Origin: an archaeon SCG-AAA382B04
GTDB lineage: Archaea; Halobacteriota; Methanonatronarchaeia; Methanonatronarchaeales; Methanonatronarchaeaceae
NCBI GenBank assembly: GCA_003034855.1
Contig: PZKD01000125.1
Coordinates: 19,521-83,520, forward strand
DNA length: 64,000 bases
Direction of reading: 5' to 3'
Made by a program: the position numbers and the translations under genes. The first letter of the stretch is position 1. Every line of letters starts with the position of its first letter. The notes below the pieces were generated by a model. The model searched no databases and was not told the origin of the DNA. It saw only the letters and a list, made by a program, of their open reading frames with translations. Positions 49,539 to 58,734 of this stretch are shown here, in pieces.

Positions 49539-50554
49539 AAGCTATCTAGGGTGGCTTGATTTCTAATATCTGAAATAGATTTTTCTAGTCTTTTTATTCC
49601 TTTATTTACTCTATTTTCTGAAAAATCACGTTCATCGCATAGAAATTTTTTCATTTCACTGTTCTTGGGCTCATTCCACTCTATCTCGTATTCTTCACTG
49701 ATTTTTGGGTTTAAAAATATTTGTTTTATTTCTTTAACGTTATCAATTGATTCGTCAATTTCTGCTAAAACAGTATCGATGTTTTGGTGTTCTTTTATTT
49801 TTTTAAGAGCTGTTTTAGGTCCAATTCCTTTTATTCCTTCGTTATAATCTGTTCCAATTAGGATAGCTATTTCTATTAGTTGTTCTTTGGTTATTTCTAG
49901 TTTATTTAGGCTTTTTTCTAAATTAAATCGTTCTAGGTTTACTTCAACATATCTGTCTTTTCCGGGGAGTTTTCTTTTTCCTGTTATTGTTAGGTTTTTA
50001 ATTAGATATGGAGAACCGAATAATAATGAATCAAAATCTTGGGATCCTACTGCATAACTGTCTTCTTCTTTAACCATATGTGCTGCTTGGGCCTCTCCTT
50101 CGGATGGAGCTTGGACATAGGGAACCCCCATGTAATCTAGAAGTTGTTTAGAATTCTCAACCATCTCTTTATTTAACTTTGAAGATCTAATAGCTTTTTT
50201 ATAGGCTTCTTTATCTTTTCCTTTTTGTTTTGCTTCTTTCCATTCTTTCTTAGCTGTTTTTCTTGTATTTTTTCTCTCTTTTAGGGTTTTATTTTTTAAT
50301 TCAGGTGGTTTTCCGTCAAACACAAAGATTGGTTCTAGTCCTTTCTCAAATAAATTGATTGTTCGATAAAAGAGACCAGAGAAGTGTGAAGTTGTTCTTC
50401 CCTTTGAATCTTTTAGAGGAGTCCCATTTGGTTGTCTGATTATAGAAAGAAATTGATAAAGAGTGTTGTATGCATCTATAGCTATTTTTTTTCCATGTAA
50501 TCCTTCAAACTCGATTTCTTGTTTTTCGAGTAAATCTCCAATTTCTGTTCCCAT
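49535..50554 (-). CDS. fen: flap endonuclease 1
   Basis: 339 aa. N-terminus GKKIAIDAYNTLYQFL, XPG-I region, and a C-terminal PIP-like QATLDSF. Confidence 0.95.
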   Translation of the reverse strand: MGTEIGDLLEKQEIEFEGLHGKKIAIDAYNTLYQFLSIIRQPNGTPLKDSKGRTTSHFSGLFYRTINLFEKGLEPIFVFDGKPPELKNKTLKERKNTRKTAKKEWKEAKQKGKDKEAYKKAIRSSKLNKEMVENSKQLLDYMGVPYVQAPSEGEAQAAHMVKEEDSYAVGSQDFDSLLFGSPYLIKNLTITGKRKLPGKDRYVEVNLERFNLEKSLNKLEITKEQLIEIAILIGTDYNEGIKGIGPKTALKKIKEHQNIDTVLAEIDESIDNVKEIKQIFLNPKISEEYEIEWNEPKNSEMKKFLCDERDFSENRVNKGIKRLEKSISDIRNQATLDSF

Positions 50555-50659
50555 CTTTTGTATCTATTTTTTTCTAATCAATAAAAGAGTTTCACAAAAC
50601 TAAGTGGTTAAGCGAAAGTATTATGATTTTTAAAAAAACAATTTTTTACCAGAAAAGGT

Positions 50660-51841
50660 ATGGACGACATACTTAGAGACGAATTGAATAAGCCTACTGT
50701 ATTTAAAGATGAAGAGCCTCTTCAATTCGAATATGTTCCAGATGAGTTACCTGAAAGAGAAGAAGAGCTTCGGAAGCTGGTTAGAGTGTTTAGAGATGTT
50801 ATCGAAAAGAGAGTTGGCTCCACTCAAAGCGCCCTAATAACAGGAAAGGTGGGAACTGGAAAAACAGTTTTATCTAAGAAATTTGGAAAGATGATAGAAG
50901 ACAAAAAGGGATTTGATTACGTCCATATTAACTGTAGGAGATATAATACTGCTGCTTTGGCAATAACTCAGGTTCTCAGAAATTATGACGAAAAATTCCC
51001 TGAGAGAGGTTATAGTGTAGAAGAGATGCTGAGATCATTATTTAATATGTTAAAAGTTAGAGACAAGTATTTGTTTTTAGCACTTGACGAAATCGATTTT
51101 TTAGTTGGTAAAAGCGGTCCAGAGATATTGTATAATCTATCTCGGATATCTGATGACTCTGTAGGTGATTTCAAAAACAGAATATCCATTATCTACATAT
51201 CAAGGGACACATCTTTTAAAAACAAGCTTGATGAGAGCACAAAAAGCACATTGAGAGATAATCTCATCGATCTAAGCCAATACAATAAGAGTGAATTAAT
51301 CTCGATATTAAATCAGAGAGTAAAATTGGCTTTTAATCCTGGAACAGTCTCTGATAATTCAGTTGAACTAATAGGAGATATTGCTTCTGAATGGGGTGAT
51401 GCTAGATTTTCTATAGAATTACTATGGAAAGCTGGAAAAAAAGCAGATTCAGAAGCTGAGGAGAGAGTTACTCCAGAACATGTGCGATGGGCGAAGGCGG
51501 AAACCCATCCGGAGATTAGAGAGGAAATTTTAGAGGATTTATCTAAGAACCATTTGTTTGTTTTATTAGCTATTTCTAGGTTGCTCAAGGGAACTGAAAA
51601 AGCATATGTAACCACTGGAGAAGTTAAGGAACATTATAAAATGGTTTGTGAGGAATACAAAGAAAAAGCTAGGGGCCACACACAGTTTTGGCATTATCTC
51701 AAGGAAATGGGTAATTTAGGTGTTATAGATTCCTCTATCAGTGGTGAAGGTGAGAGAGGCACTACTACAATGATTTCTTTACCTGATATCCCAGCAAAAA
51801 TGCTTGAAGAAAAAATTGAGAGATACCTACAATCTAAATAA
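50660..51841 (+). CDS. cdc6: Orc1/Cdc6 replication initiator
   Basis: 393 aa. Walker A GKVGTGKT, Walker B LALDEID, C-terminal winged helix. Confidence 0.95.
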   Translation: MDDILRDELNKPTVFKDEEPLQFEYVPDELPEREEELRKLVRVFRDVIEKRVGSTQSALITGKVGTGKTVLSKKFGKMIEDKKGFDYVHINCRRYNTAALAITQVLRNYDEKFPERGYSVEEMLRSLFNMLKVRDKYLFLALDEIDFLVGKSGPEILYNLSRISDDSVGDFKNRISIIYISRDTSFKNKLDESTKSTLRDNLIDLSQYNKSELISILNQRVKLAFNPGTVSDNSVELIGDIASEWGDARFSIELLWKAGKKADSEAEERVTPEHVRWAKAETHPEIREEILEDLSKNHLFVLLAISRLLKGTEKAYVTTGEVKEHYKMVCEEYKEKARGHTQFWHYLKEMGNLGVIDSSISGEGERGTTTMISLPDIPAKMLEEKIERYLQSK

Positions 51842-52474
51842 GTTAGAAAGAGAATTGTAGAAGAATATTAAGCTAAACAGGAGTAATATTATTGCACTTG
51901 CATATGCAATTATGTATTCTAATTTTTGGAATTTTTGCTTTGCTAATTTGAGAGCTAGAGGAAAAGAAACAATCCAAATTAATATTCCAAGAAAAAGCCC
52001 AAAAACGATTAATGGTGTCCCAGTGTTTATTTGGTAACCTATTGTTCCAACACTTCCAGGTTTGAGTAATGCTATTCCTGCTGAGAGCCACCAAATTATT
52101 TGATATGGGTTTGTAATAGCTAATACAAAAGTTTTCTGGAAACCTTTGTCTTTTTTTCCTACTTCTTCACCTATTAATGCTTTGTTAGCGTTTTTTATTG
52201 ATTCATATGCAAAGTAAAGCATTAAAAACCCCCCTATTCCTAATAATATTCCATGTATTGTGTTTGATTCTGTTACGATTGTAGTTAAACCAATTAGGCT
52301 AAAAACTAAAAAACAAAAATCAGCTGTCATCGCACCTAGTCCTGCTTTAAACCCGCTTTTCCAACCGCCTAAAACACTTTGCTCAGCGATGATTGCGTTC
52401 ATTGGTCCTGGTGGTGCAGCTAGAGATAATCCAAGTAACAGTCCTCCAAGTAAAGTGGTTAGAGTGTTCAGCAT
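51827..52474 (-). CDS. LysE/RhtB-family amino-acid exporter
   Basis: 215 aa, six TM helices. N-terminus LSLAAPPGPMNA typical of the LysE family. Confidence 0.8.
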   Translation of the reverse strand: MLNTLTTLLGGLLLGLSLAAPPGPMNAIIAEQSVLGGWKSGFKAGLGAMTADFCFLVFSLIGLTTIVTESNTIHGILLGIGGFLMLYFAYESIKNANKALIGEEVGKKDKGFQKTFVLAITNPYQIIWWLSAGIALLKPGSVGTIGYQINTGTPLIVFGLFLGILIWIVSFPLALKLAKQKFQKLEYIIAYASAIILLLFSLIFFYNSLSNLFRL

Positions 52475-52484
52475 TTTTATTCTT

Positions 52485-53180
52485 TCAGATTGGTTTTACG
52501 TAAATATCTTTTGCAACTTTTTCTTCTAATGCTATGTCGGATTCATTGATCTTTACTATATAAGCTGGGTTTTTTTGGTGTAGAATTATTTTGCTCCCTG
52601 GACCTATGTCGTAGGAGAGTAGTTTATTAAGTCTGTCATGTTGTTCTGTTCTAACGTAAGCTACTTCGACTTTTTCTCCTACTTTTGTCTTATTTAATGG
52701 TTTTACTGCTGGAGCAAGTGACTCTTTTTCGGTTGAACAACAATTTCCTTTGGGAATTGGCATTCCGTGTGGACATTCATCTGGGTGTCCTAGTAATGTA
52801 CATATCCTGTCGGCTACTCCTTCTGAAAGTAAATGTTCCCATTCACATGCTGGTCTTTCAATTTCGTCTTCAGTCATTGATAATACATCAAACATTAATC
52901 TTTCTGCTAGTCTATGTCTTCTCACTATGTTTCTTGCTGCCTCCTCACCTTTATTGGTTAGTTCTAATTCATTTTCTTGAATATAGCCTTTTTTTCTGAG
53001 CTCTGAGATAACTTTGTCTTCCATCTGGTTTCTGTATCTTTTTCTAAATCGTCCTTTATGTCTTGGAGTTCCCCCTTTTCCTTTAAATCTGTCTTTAAAT
53101 TCTTCTTGACCAATATCTTCCTCTTCCAGAGTCCATAATATCTCTAATGCTTCATCCATTTCTTTTTCAGAAACTCTCAT
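52485..53180 (-). CDS. DtxR-family metal-dependent regulator fused to a C-terminal FeoA/SH3-like domain
   Basis: 231 aa. ALEILWTLEEE, RRHRLAERL, ECPHG metal-site region, and a C-terminal VGEKVEVAYV...FeoA-like domain. It is the last gene of the feoB operon. Confidence 0.75.
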   Translation of the reverse strand: MRVSEKEMDEALEILWTLEEEDIGQEEFKDRFKGKGGTPRHKGRFRKRYRNQMEDKVISELRKKGYIQENELELTNKGEEAARNIVRRHRLAERLMFDVLSMTEDEIERPACEWEHLLSEGVADRICTLLGHPDECPHGMPIPKGNCCSTEKESLAPAVKPLNKTKVGEKVEVAYVRTEQHDRLNKLLSYDIGPGSKIILHQKNPAYIVKINESDIALEEKVAKDIYVKPI

Positions 53181-53320
53181 TATGCATCACCTGTTGGTAT
53201 TAAATCATAACTACAATTTGGGCATTTTATTTGTTTACAATTTCCTGCTAATGGACAACTTTTGCAAGCTTTTTCGTCTGGTTCTTCAAACTTATGTCCA
53301 CATAGGGTACATTTATACAT
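53180..53320 (-). CDS. 46-aa zinc-ribbon micro-ORF
   Basis: My own translation: MYKCTLCGHKFEEPDEKACKSCPLAGNCKQIKCPNCSYDLIPTGDA. It starts 1 nt after the feoB stop, and its TAA overlaps the downstream ATG (TAATG). Confidence 0.5.
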   Translation of the reverse strand: MYKCTLCGHKFEEPDEKACKSCPLAGNCKQIKCPNCSYDLIPTGDA

Positions 53321-53321
53321 T

Positions 53322-55274
53322 CTATAGAACTCCTAGTATTCTGCTTATTTGATTTATTAATCCAGCTATAAAGAAAGCGAATGGAATTATAAATCCAACG
53401 ATGGCAAGCGCTGTTTTAACCCCTCTCTCTTTTATGATTATTATAAAATTAGCTACACATGGAACAAATAATGTGATTGCTACTGTTGCTATAAACGTCT
53501 GAATTGGTAATAACTGTGTTTGAGCTAAGTCTAAGATACCTGCCGCCGCAAAATCTCTTCTTATAAATCCTAATATGAATATTTTGGTTGTTTCAGGGGG
53601 TAGTCCCATCCATCCACTAACGATTGGTCTTAGTAATTGTCTGACCTTTAACAATACTCCCGTAACCTCTGCTACTCCAATTAAAAATGTTCCCAATAAG
53701 AATATTGGAACTACTTCTGAGAGGAACCATTTAACTCTATAATATGTTTTTTTGATTATGTTTTCTAGTTTAGGTATTCTTAGCGGTGGAAGTTCCATTA
53801 TGAAGTCTCCTTTTTCACCGGGCAGTATCTTAGAAGCTAGCCAAGCCACCAGTAATAGCTGTGATGCTATCAACACTATCCATAGATACATGAAATAAGG
53901 GGGTAATAAGGCCATTATTGCGAATATTACCCCTAGTTGAGCTGAGCATGGAATTCCTAGTGCTAGCATGAGTGTTGCGATAATTCTTTCTTTTTTTGTG
54001 TCTAATGTCCTGGTTGTCACTGTTGCCATTGTATCGCATCCGAATCCTAGAACCATTGGTAATACTGCTTTTCCATTTAACCCTATTTTTCTAAATAATT
54101 TATCAGCAACGGCTGTTAGTCTTGGTATATATCCACAGTCTTCTAGTATTGAGAATGCTAGGAAAAATGTGGTTATTATTGGAAGGATTAGTGCTATTGA
54201 CCAAGTGATTCCTATTGTAAATACTCCAAAGTCCCCTACTAATATCTCGGATATTGCTCCTTTACCTATTGAGTGGATTACAAGGTCTCTTATGTATGGG
54301 TTTATTATTTTCCCAAATATATCAACTTCTAGAAAATCTACTAGCACCTGGGCACCTAGGTATCCTACGAACCAATACACTAGGTATAGGACTCCTAGAA
54401 ATATTGGTATCCCAGTTATTGGGTTCATTGTTAGGTTACTGATTTTTTCTCTAAGGGGAGTGTTTTTGAGTTTTTGTTGGTTAACGTATTGATCGAATAA
54501 TTCACTAGATTTTTTTCTGATTTTTTGGTTTATTATATATGCTAGATCTCTTGAATAATTTTCTTGAGCTTTTAAATATATTTCATATGTTTTTTGAGCT
54601 TTTTCTTCCCCAAAATTATTTTTTATGTAACTATCCATCTCATTTGGTTCTAAGAGATATAATAAACCTATACCTCGGTTTTTAAATATTTCTTTGAATT
54701 CATTGAGTGCTTTTTCTATTTTTTCTGGATATTCTACATCTATTTGTGGTTTTTTGGCGTTCTCAATTGTTTTCTTTAGGTTTGATATTCCTCTTCTTTC
54801 TGTTGCTGCTGTTTTTACTACTGGGATTCCAAGTTTTTTTGATAGGGCTTCCGTTTCTATTTCAATTTTTCTTGATTCTGCTTCATCTATCATGTTTAGA
54901 TCTAGGATCATTGGTGTTTCGAATTCTTTTAGCTGTAAAAATAGGTTTATTGCTCTTTTTAGGTTTTTAGAGTCGGCTACTTGGATTATTTTTTCTGGGT
55001 TTATGCCTGAAATTATGTCTCTTGCTACTTTTTGGTCTTCTGATAGTGGTGCTAGTGAATCGGTTCCTGGTGTGTCTATTATTGTTCTTTCTTTTCCTCT
55101 GAATTTTCCTTTTCCGTGTGATATTTCTACTGTTGTTCCTGGGTAGTTTGAGACGTCTCGGTATTTTCCGGTTAATGTTGAGAATACGACGGATTTTCCT
55201 ACATTTGGATTTCCTACTAGTGCAAGTGTTTCGTCGGATTTTTTCAGTCCTAGTTGCTTCTTTGAATACTTCAT
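53322..55274 (-). CDS. feoB: ferrous iron transporter FeoB
   Basis: 650 aa. N-terminal G domain GNPNVGKS, DTPG, followed by a polytopic membrane domain. Confidence 0.95.
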   Translation of the reverse strand: MKYSKKQLGLKKSDETLALVGNPNVGKSVVFSTLTGKYRDVSNYPGTTVEISHGKGKFRGKERTIIDTPGTDSLAPLSEDQKVARDIISGINPEKIIQVADSKNLKRAINLFLQLKEFETPMILDLNMIDEAESRKIEIETEALSKKLGIPVVKTAATERRGISNLKKTIENAKKPQIDVEYPEKIEKALNEFKEIFKNRGIGLLYLLEPNEMDSYIKNNFGEEKAQKTYEIYLKAQENYSRDLAYIINQKIRKKSSELFDQYVNQQKLKNTPLREKISNLTMNPITGIPIFLGVLYLVYWFVGYLGAQVLVDFLEVDIFGKIINPYIRDLVIHSIGKGAISEILVGDFGVFTIGITWSIALILPIITTFFLAFSILEDCGYIPRLTAVADKLFRKIGLNGKAVLPMVLGFGCDTMATVTTRTLDTKKERIIATLMLALGIPCSAQLGVIFAIMALLPPYFMYLWIVLIASQLLLVAWLASKILPGEKGDFIMELPPLRIPKLENIIKKTYYRVKWFLSEVVPIFLLGTFLIGVAEVTGVLLKVRQLLRPIVSGWMGLPPETTKIFILGFIRRDFAAAGILDLAQTQLLPIQTFIATVAITLFVPCVANFIIIIKERGVKTALAIVGFIIPFAFFIAGLINQISRILGVL

Positions 55275-55276
55275 AT

Positions 55277-55295
55277 TTAGGTTATCCTAATTTTT
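55277..55295. promoter_or_regulatory. iron-box-like palindrome (TTAGGTTATCCTAA...) abutting the feoB start codon
   Basis: TTAGG-N4-CCTAA inverted repeat. It matches the first 14 nt of the DtxR/IdeR consensus TTAGGTTAGCCTAACCTAA with one mismatch. Confidence 0.6.
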
Positions 55296-55324
55296 TGGTT
55301 AAAATTTGTTAGAGATTAATTATT

Positions 55325-55714
55325 TTAATCAAAATCAATGTCTTCAATATTTTCTCTAATATCCTCTAACAATTTTTTTAATTGACTTGTAGTTTGATCA
55401 GTTAGCTGGTGTTCGATTCTGCATGCATCAACCTCTGCTTTTTCTTCTGAGACACCGATGAGTTCTAGTAATTCTTTAATAGATTTATGGGTTTTTATTA
55501 CCTTTTCAGCTATCTCTTTTCCTTCTTGACTTAATCTAACTCCCTCGTATTTTCGGTAGCTTATGTATCCCTTATCTCGAAGTTTTTGAAACATCTCTGA
55601 GACACTGGGTTGTTCTACGTCTAGTTCATTTGCTATTTGTTTTGTCTTTACGGGTTTTTCTCCTCTAAGTTTATAGATTGCTTCGAGGTAATCTTCCATG
55701 CCCTCACTAACCAT
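55325..55714 (-). CDS. DtxR/MntR-family metal-dependent transcriptional regulator
   Basis: MVSEGMEDYLEAIYKL... HTH plus dimerisation domain. I prefer the ATG at 55714. The track's upstream extension (to 55786) is hydrophobic or odd and would overlap the divergent gene. Confidence 0.8.
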   Translation of the reverse strand: MVSEGMEDYLEAIYKLRGEKPVKTKQIANELDVEQPSVSEMFQKLRDKGYISYRKYEGVRLSQEGKEIAEKVIKTHKSIKELLELIGVSEEKAEVDACRIEHQLTDQTTSQLKKLLEDIRENIEDIDFD

Positions 55715-55724
55715 AGCAACATTA

Positions 55725-55743
55725 TTAGGTTGGCCTAACTTAT
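55725..55743. promoter_or_regulatory. iron-box-like palindrome (TTAGGTTGGCCTAACTTAT) in the divergent dtxR / CaCA promoter region
   Basis: 16 of 19 positions match the DtxR consensus TTAGGTTAGCCTAACCTAA. It lies 11 nt upstream of the preferred dtxR ATG. Confidence 0.65.
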
Positions 55744-55779
55744 AAAGTTTAAGGTAGGCTAAAAATAAAAAATCACCTA

Positions 55780-56793
55780 ATGACACAAATACTCCTACTA
55801 ATAGGATTGACTATAATATCCACCACAATAGTCTGGAAAGGAAGCGAAATACTTGAAGAAACAAGCGAAAAACTTTCGATATATTATGATTTACCAAATA
55901 TAGTTCAAGGAGCAATGATTGCGGCTATTGGTTCAAGCTTCCCCGAATTATCAAGCACGGTGCTATCAACAATCCTACACAACCAATTCGAACTAGGTAT
56001 ATCCGTAATTGTTGGATCAGCCATATTCAATATCCTCGTAATTCCAGGAATATCTGGGATATATTCAAAAGAAAGCCTAGAATCCAATAAAGAGCTTGTT
56101 TACAAGGAAGCCCAATTCTACATGTTGGCTGTCGCAACATTACTTTTAACTTTTTCTTTCTCAGTTATATACAACCCAGCACCAGGAAAAGAGTTGCTAG
56201 GGCAATTAAATAGGCCACTAGCCTTTCTACCTGTAGGCATGTACTTAATTTATGTTTTTATACAGTATCAGGATAGTATGGACTACGAATCAGATAGAGA
56301 TAAATCAAAAATCAATCCGAAAAAGAGCTGGATCTTATTAGCTGTGAGTCTATTCCTAATAGTTGTTGGAGTTGAGGGTTTATTAAGAGCAGCGATAGGT
56401 TTGGGAGAACTATTGAATACCCCAAGCTTCATCTGGGGGCTAACGGTTATAGCGGCTGCAACTAGTATATCGGATACATTTATAAGTGTTAAATCAGCAA
56501 AAGAAGGTAATGCCATAACAAGTCTAGCAAATGCATTAGGAAGTAACACCTTTGATTTATTAGTGGCTATACCAATTGGTGTATTAATTGCAGGAGAAGC
56601 GATTGTTAATTTTGGTAGAGCCTCCCCACTTTTTGGGGTTTTGATAGGTGCTACCTTAATTTTATTTGTAATTACTAGAACGAAGTTGGAAATAACCAAG
56701 AAAGAATCTTATCTTTTACTTTTGATCTATGTGGGATTTGTTGTGTGGATGGTATTAGAGACAATTGAGTTAGTATCTTTGATAGGGTTATAG
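55780..56793 (+). CDS. Ca2+/Na+ antiporter (CaCA family, YrbG-like)
   Basis: 337 aa, two internal alpha-repeat halves (GSSFPEL..., ATSISDTFIS...), about 10 TM helices. Confidence 0.85.
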   Translation: MTQILLLIGLTIISTTIVWKGSEILEETSEKLSIYYDLPNIVQGAMIAAIGSSFPELSSTVLSTILHNQFELGISVIVGSAIFNILVIPGISGIYSKESLESNKELVYKEAQFYMLAVATLLLTFSFSVIYNPAPGKELLGQLNRPLAFLPVGMYLIYVFIQYQDSMDYESDRDKSKINPKKSWILLAVSLFLIVVGVEGLLRAAIGLGELLNTPSFIWGLTVIAAATSISDTFISVKSAKEGNAITSLANALGSNTFDLLVAIPIGVLIAGEAIVNFGRASPLFGVLIGATLILFVITRTKLEITKKESYLLLLIYVGFVVWMVLETIELVSLIGL

Positions 56794-57198
56794 GTCATTT
56801 TTTGACAAAAATTGTTCTATTTTCTTCTTAATATTTTTATAAATCTCTCTAGTTTGCTCAAGATTCTGATTCTTTGGATCTTTGATGTCCCAATCAATCG
56901 TTTCAACTTCTTGATTTGCCGGGCATAATCCTTTGGAACTGCATCCCATTGTTATTATGTAATCCATTTGTTTTAGTTCTGAGTATGTGATTTGCCGTGG
57001 TGATTTATTCCTAATTGGGTGTTCTTTTTCTTTTAATACTTTTTTGACGTTTGGATGAATCGCGTTGGAAGGGTTAGTGCCTCCTGAAATTACGTCAAGA
57101 TCAAGTTCCTTTTTTTCTTTTATCTTGTTCGCTATCAATTCTGCCATTTGGCTTCTTCCAGCATTTTCTACACAAACAAAAGCAATTTTTTTTGTGAT
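56788..57198 (-). CDS. arsC: arsenate reductase, LMW-PTP type; start codon uncertain
   Basis: The first ATG (57147) lies downstream of the catalytic P-loop KKIAFVCVENAGRSQ, which is encoded in frame at 57148-57192. A second Cys pair is at GCSSKGLCP. The end coordinate assumes an ATC start 7 nt after an AGGTG. Confidence 0.7.
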   Translation of the reverse strand: MTKKIAFVCVENAGRSQMAELIANKIKEKKELDLDVISGGTNPSNAIHPNVKKVLKEKEHPIRNKSPRQITYSELKQMDYIITMGCSSKGLCPANQEVETIDWDIKDPKNQNLEQTREIYKNIKKKIEQFLSKNDL

Positions 57199-57213
57199 TT
57201 TAATACACCTTTT

Positions 57214-58140
57214 TTAGAAGATCGAATTTAGAAATAGGCCCATTAAGATGATTCCAGTTGAGATTACTAGGGCATATGCCGTGATTAATTCCTTCTTCAT
57301 TACCTTTTTGAGTAAAACGAATTCTGGTAATGATAGTGCAGCTACTGACATCATGAAGGCGATTGATGTACCTATAGGTAAGCCTTTGCCAATTAGGCTT
57401 TCTACTACTGGTATTACTCCCATTATGTTGGTGTATATGGGAACCCCAACTACTACGGCTGCTGGAACAGCTAGATTTCCAGTTAAATAACTTGTGATTA
57501 ATTCTCTTGGGACGTATCCATGTATTAATGCTCCTATCCCTACGCCAATTATCACGTATGGCAGTATTGAAGTCACTATATTTGTTCCCTCTCTGAAAGC
57601 CTGTTTAATCCTGTCTTTATGATTTGTATCTGTCTCGGGGTTGGTGTTTCCAAAATTGAATTCTCTAACATATTTTTGGAAACCTAGTTTTGTTAGGGCG
57701 ATTCCTCCTAGTATGCCTATTAGTATTCCCCCTATTAGGTATATGGCTGTTATTTTCCAGCCAAGAACACCGAATAAGACGATTATTGCTGCCTCGTTTA
57801 TCATTGGAGAGGTAACTAAAAAGGTGATTGTCATCCCAAAGGGAACACCTGCACTAACAAATCCTAAAAAGATGGGGATTGTGGAGCAAGAGCAGAACGG
57901 AGAGACTATTCCTAGTAAAGAAGCTGCGAGGTAGCCTATTATACTATGTTTGTTTTCTAAATAGTTTCTTATTTTTTCTGGGGAGATGTAGGTTCTTAGA
58001 TAGCCTATTCCAAATATTACAATTAATAGGATAAAGGTTATTTTTAGTGTATCATAAATCCAGAAGTTAAGTGCTTCTGCAGCTTTACCTGTTACTCCTA
58101 GATAATCAACTATGTAGTTAGCTATCTGTTCGAAGACCAT
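57214..58140 (-). CDS. COG0701/ArsP-like permease
   Basis: 308 aa, polytopic, with the SPFCSCSTIP motif. Lies in an ars operon next to redox-active disulfide protein 2. Confidence 0.75.
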   Translation of the reverse strand: MVFEQIANYIVDYLGVTGKAAEALNFWIYDTLKITFILLIVIFGIGYLRTYISPEKIRNYLENKHSIIGYLAASLLGIVSPFCSCSTIPIFLGFVSAGVPFGMTITFLVTSPMINEAAIIVLFGVLGWKITAIYLIGGILIGILGGIALTKLGFQKYVREFNFGNTNPETDTNHKDRIKQAFREGTNIVTSILPYVIIGVGIGALIHGYVPRELITSYLTGNLAVPAAVVVGVPIYTNIMGVIPVVESLIGKGLPIGTSIAFMMSVAALSLPEFVLLKKVMKKELITAYALVISTGIILMGLFLNSIF

Positions 58141-58143
58141 GTT

Positions 58144-58383
58144 TTAGAAGATTATTTCTTCAAGTTCTTTTTTTGAGGGGGCAGATCCTTTTACTTTTAT
58201 TTCGCCGTCTATCTCAATTGCAGGGGTGGACATTAGTCCTTTACTAGCTAGTTTAGTTAGGTCTTCAATTTTTTCTACATTTATTTGGTTTTGTTTTTTA
58301 TTTTCTTTAATCACTTCTTCTATGTTTTCTTTTAGTTTTGAACATTTTTTACAACCGCTTGATCCATATACTTTTATTTTCAT
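58144..58383 (-). CDS. thioredoxin-fold redox-active disulfide protein 2
   Basis: 79 aa. MKIKVYGSSGCKKCSKL with a CxxC motif. Confidence 0.8.
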   Translation of the reverse strand: MKIKVYGSSGCKKCSKLKENIEEVIKENKKQNQINVEKIEDLTKLASKGLMSTPAIEIDGEIKVKGSAPSKKELEEIIF

Positions 58384-58386
58384 ACT

Positions 58387-58662
58387 TTATACCTCCTCAA
58401 TGATTTTTAAGAGTTTTTTCATCTTATTTGGGTGTTTTATTTTGCCTTCTACTCTTTTCCCTTGTTTTCTTGTTTCTATTAGGTCTGATCTTTCGAGTTT
58501 TTTGAAGTGTCTGTATATCACTGATCTGTCTCTTTGTATCGTGCTCTCTAGTTCGCAGACACAGGTGAATTCGTTTTTTTCTAGTAGTTTTTTGATTAGT
58601 TTTAGTCTTGGCTTTGATGATAGAGCTTTAAATTTTTGTTGCATCTGTGCACAACTTTGCAC
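58387..58662 (-). CDS. arsR: ArsR/SmtB-family transcriptional repressor
   Basis: 91 aa. CVCEL metal(loid)-binding motif within the wHTH. It is the first gene of the ars operon. Confidence 0.85.
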   Translation of the reverse strand: MQSCAQMQQKFKALSSKPRLKLIKKLLEKNEFTCVCELESTIQRDRSVIYRHFKKLERSDLIETRKQGKRVEGKIKHPNKMKKLLKIIEEV

Positions 58663-58734
58663 TAATGTTTATTAAAACTTAGGGAAAACCAAACAAAAAA
58701 AATAAACCTTCTCACCCTCTATGTACTTAACCAA

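Noticed and set aside
50555-50659. A replication origin with ORB elements next to orc1/cdc6.
   Set aside because: The intergenic region is only 105 bp and holds a single weak GTTTCAC...GTGG element. It has no repeated ORB or mini-ORB boxes and no extended AT-rich unwinding region. The origin is probably elsewhere.
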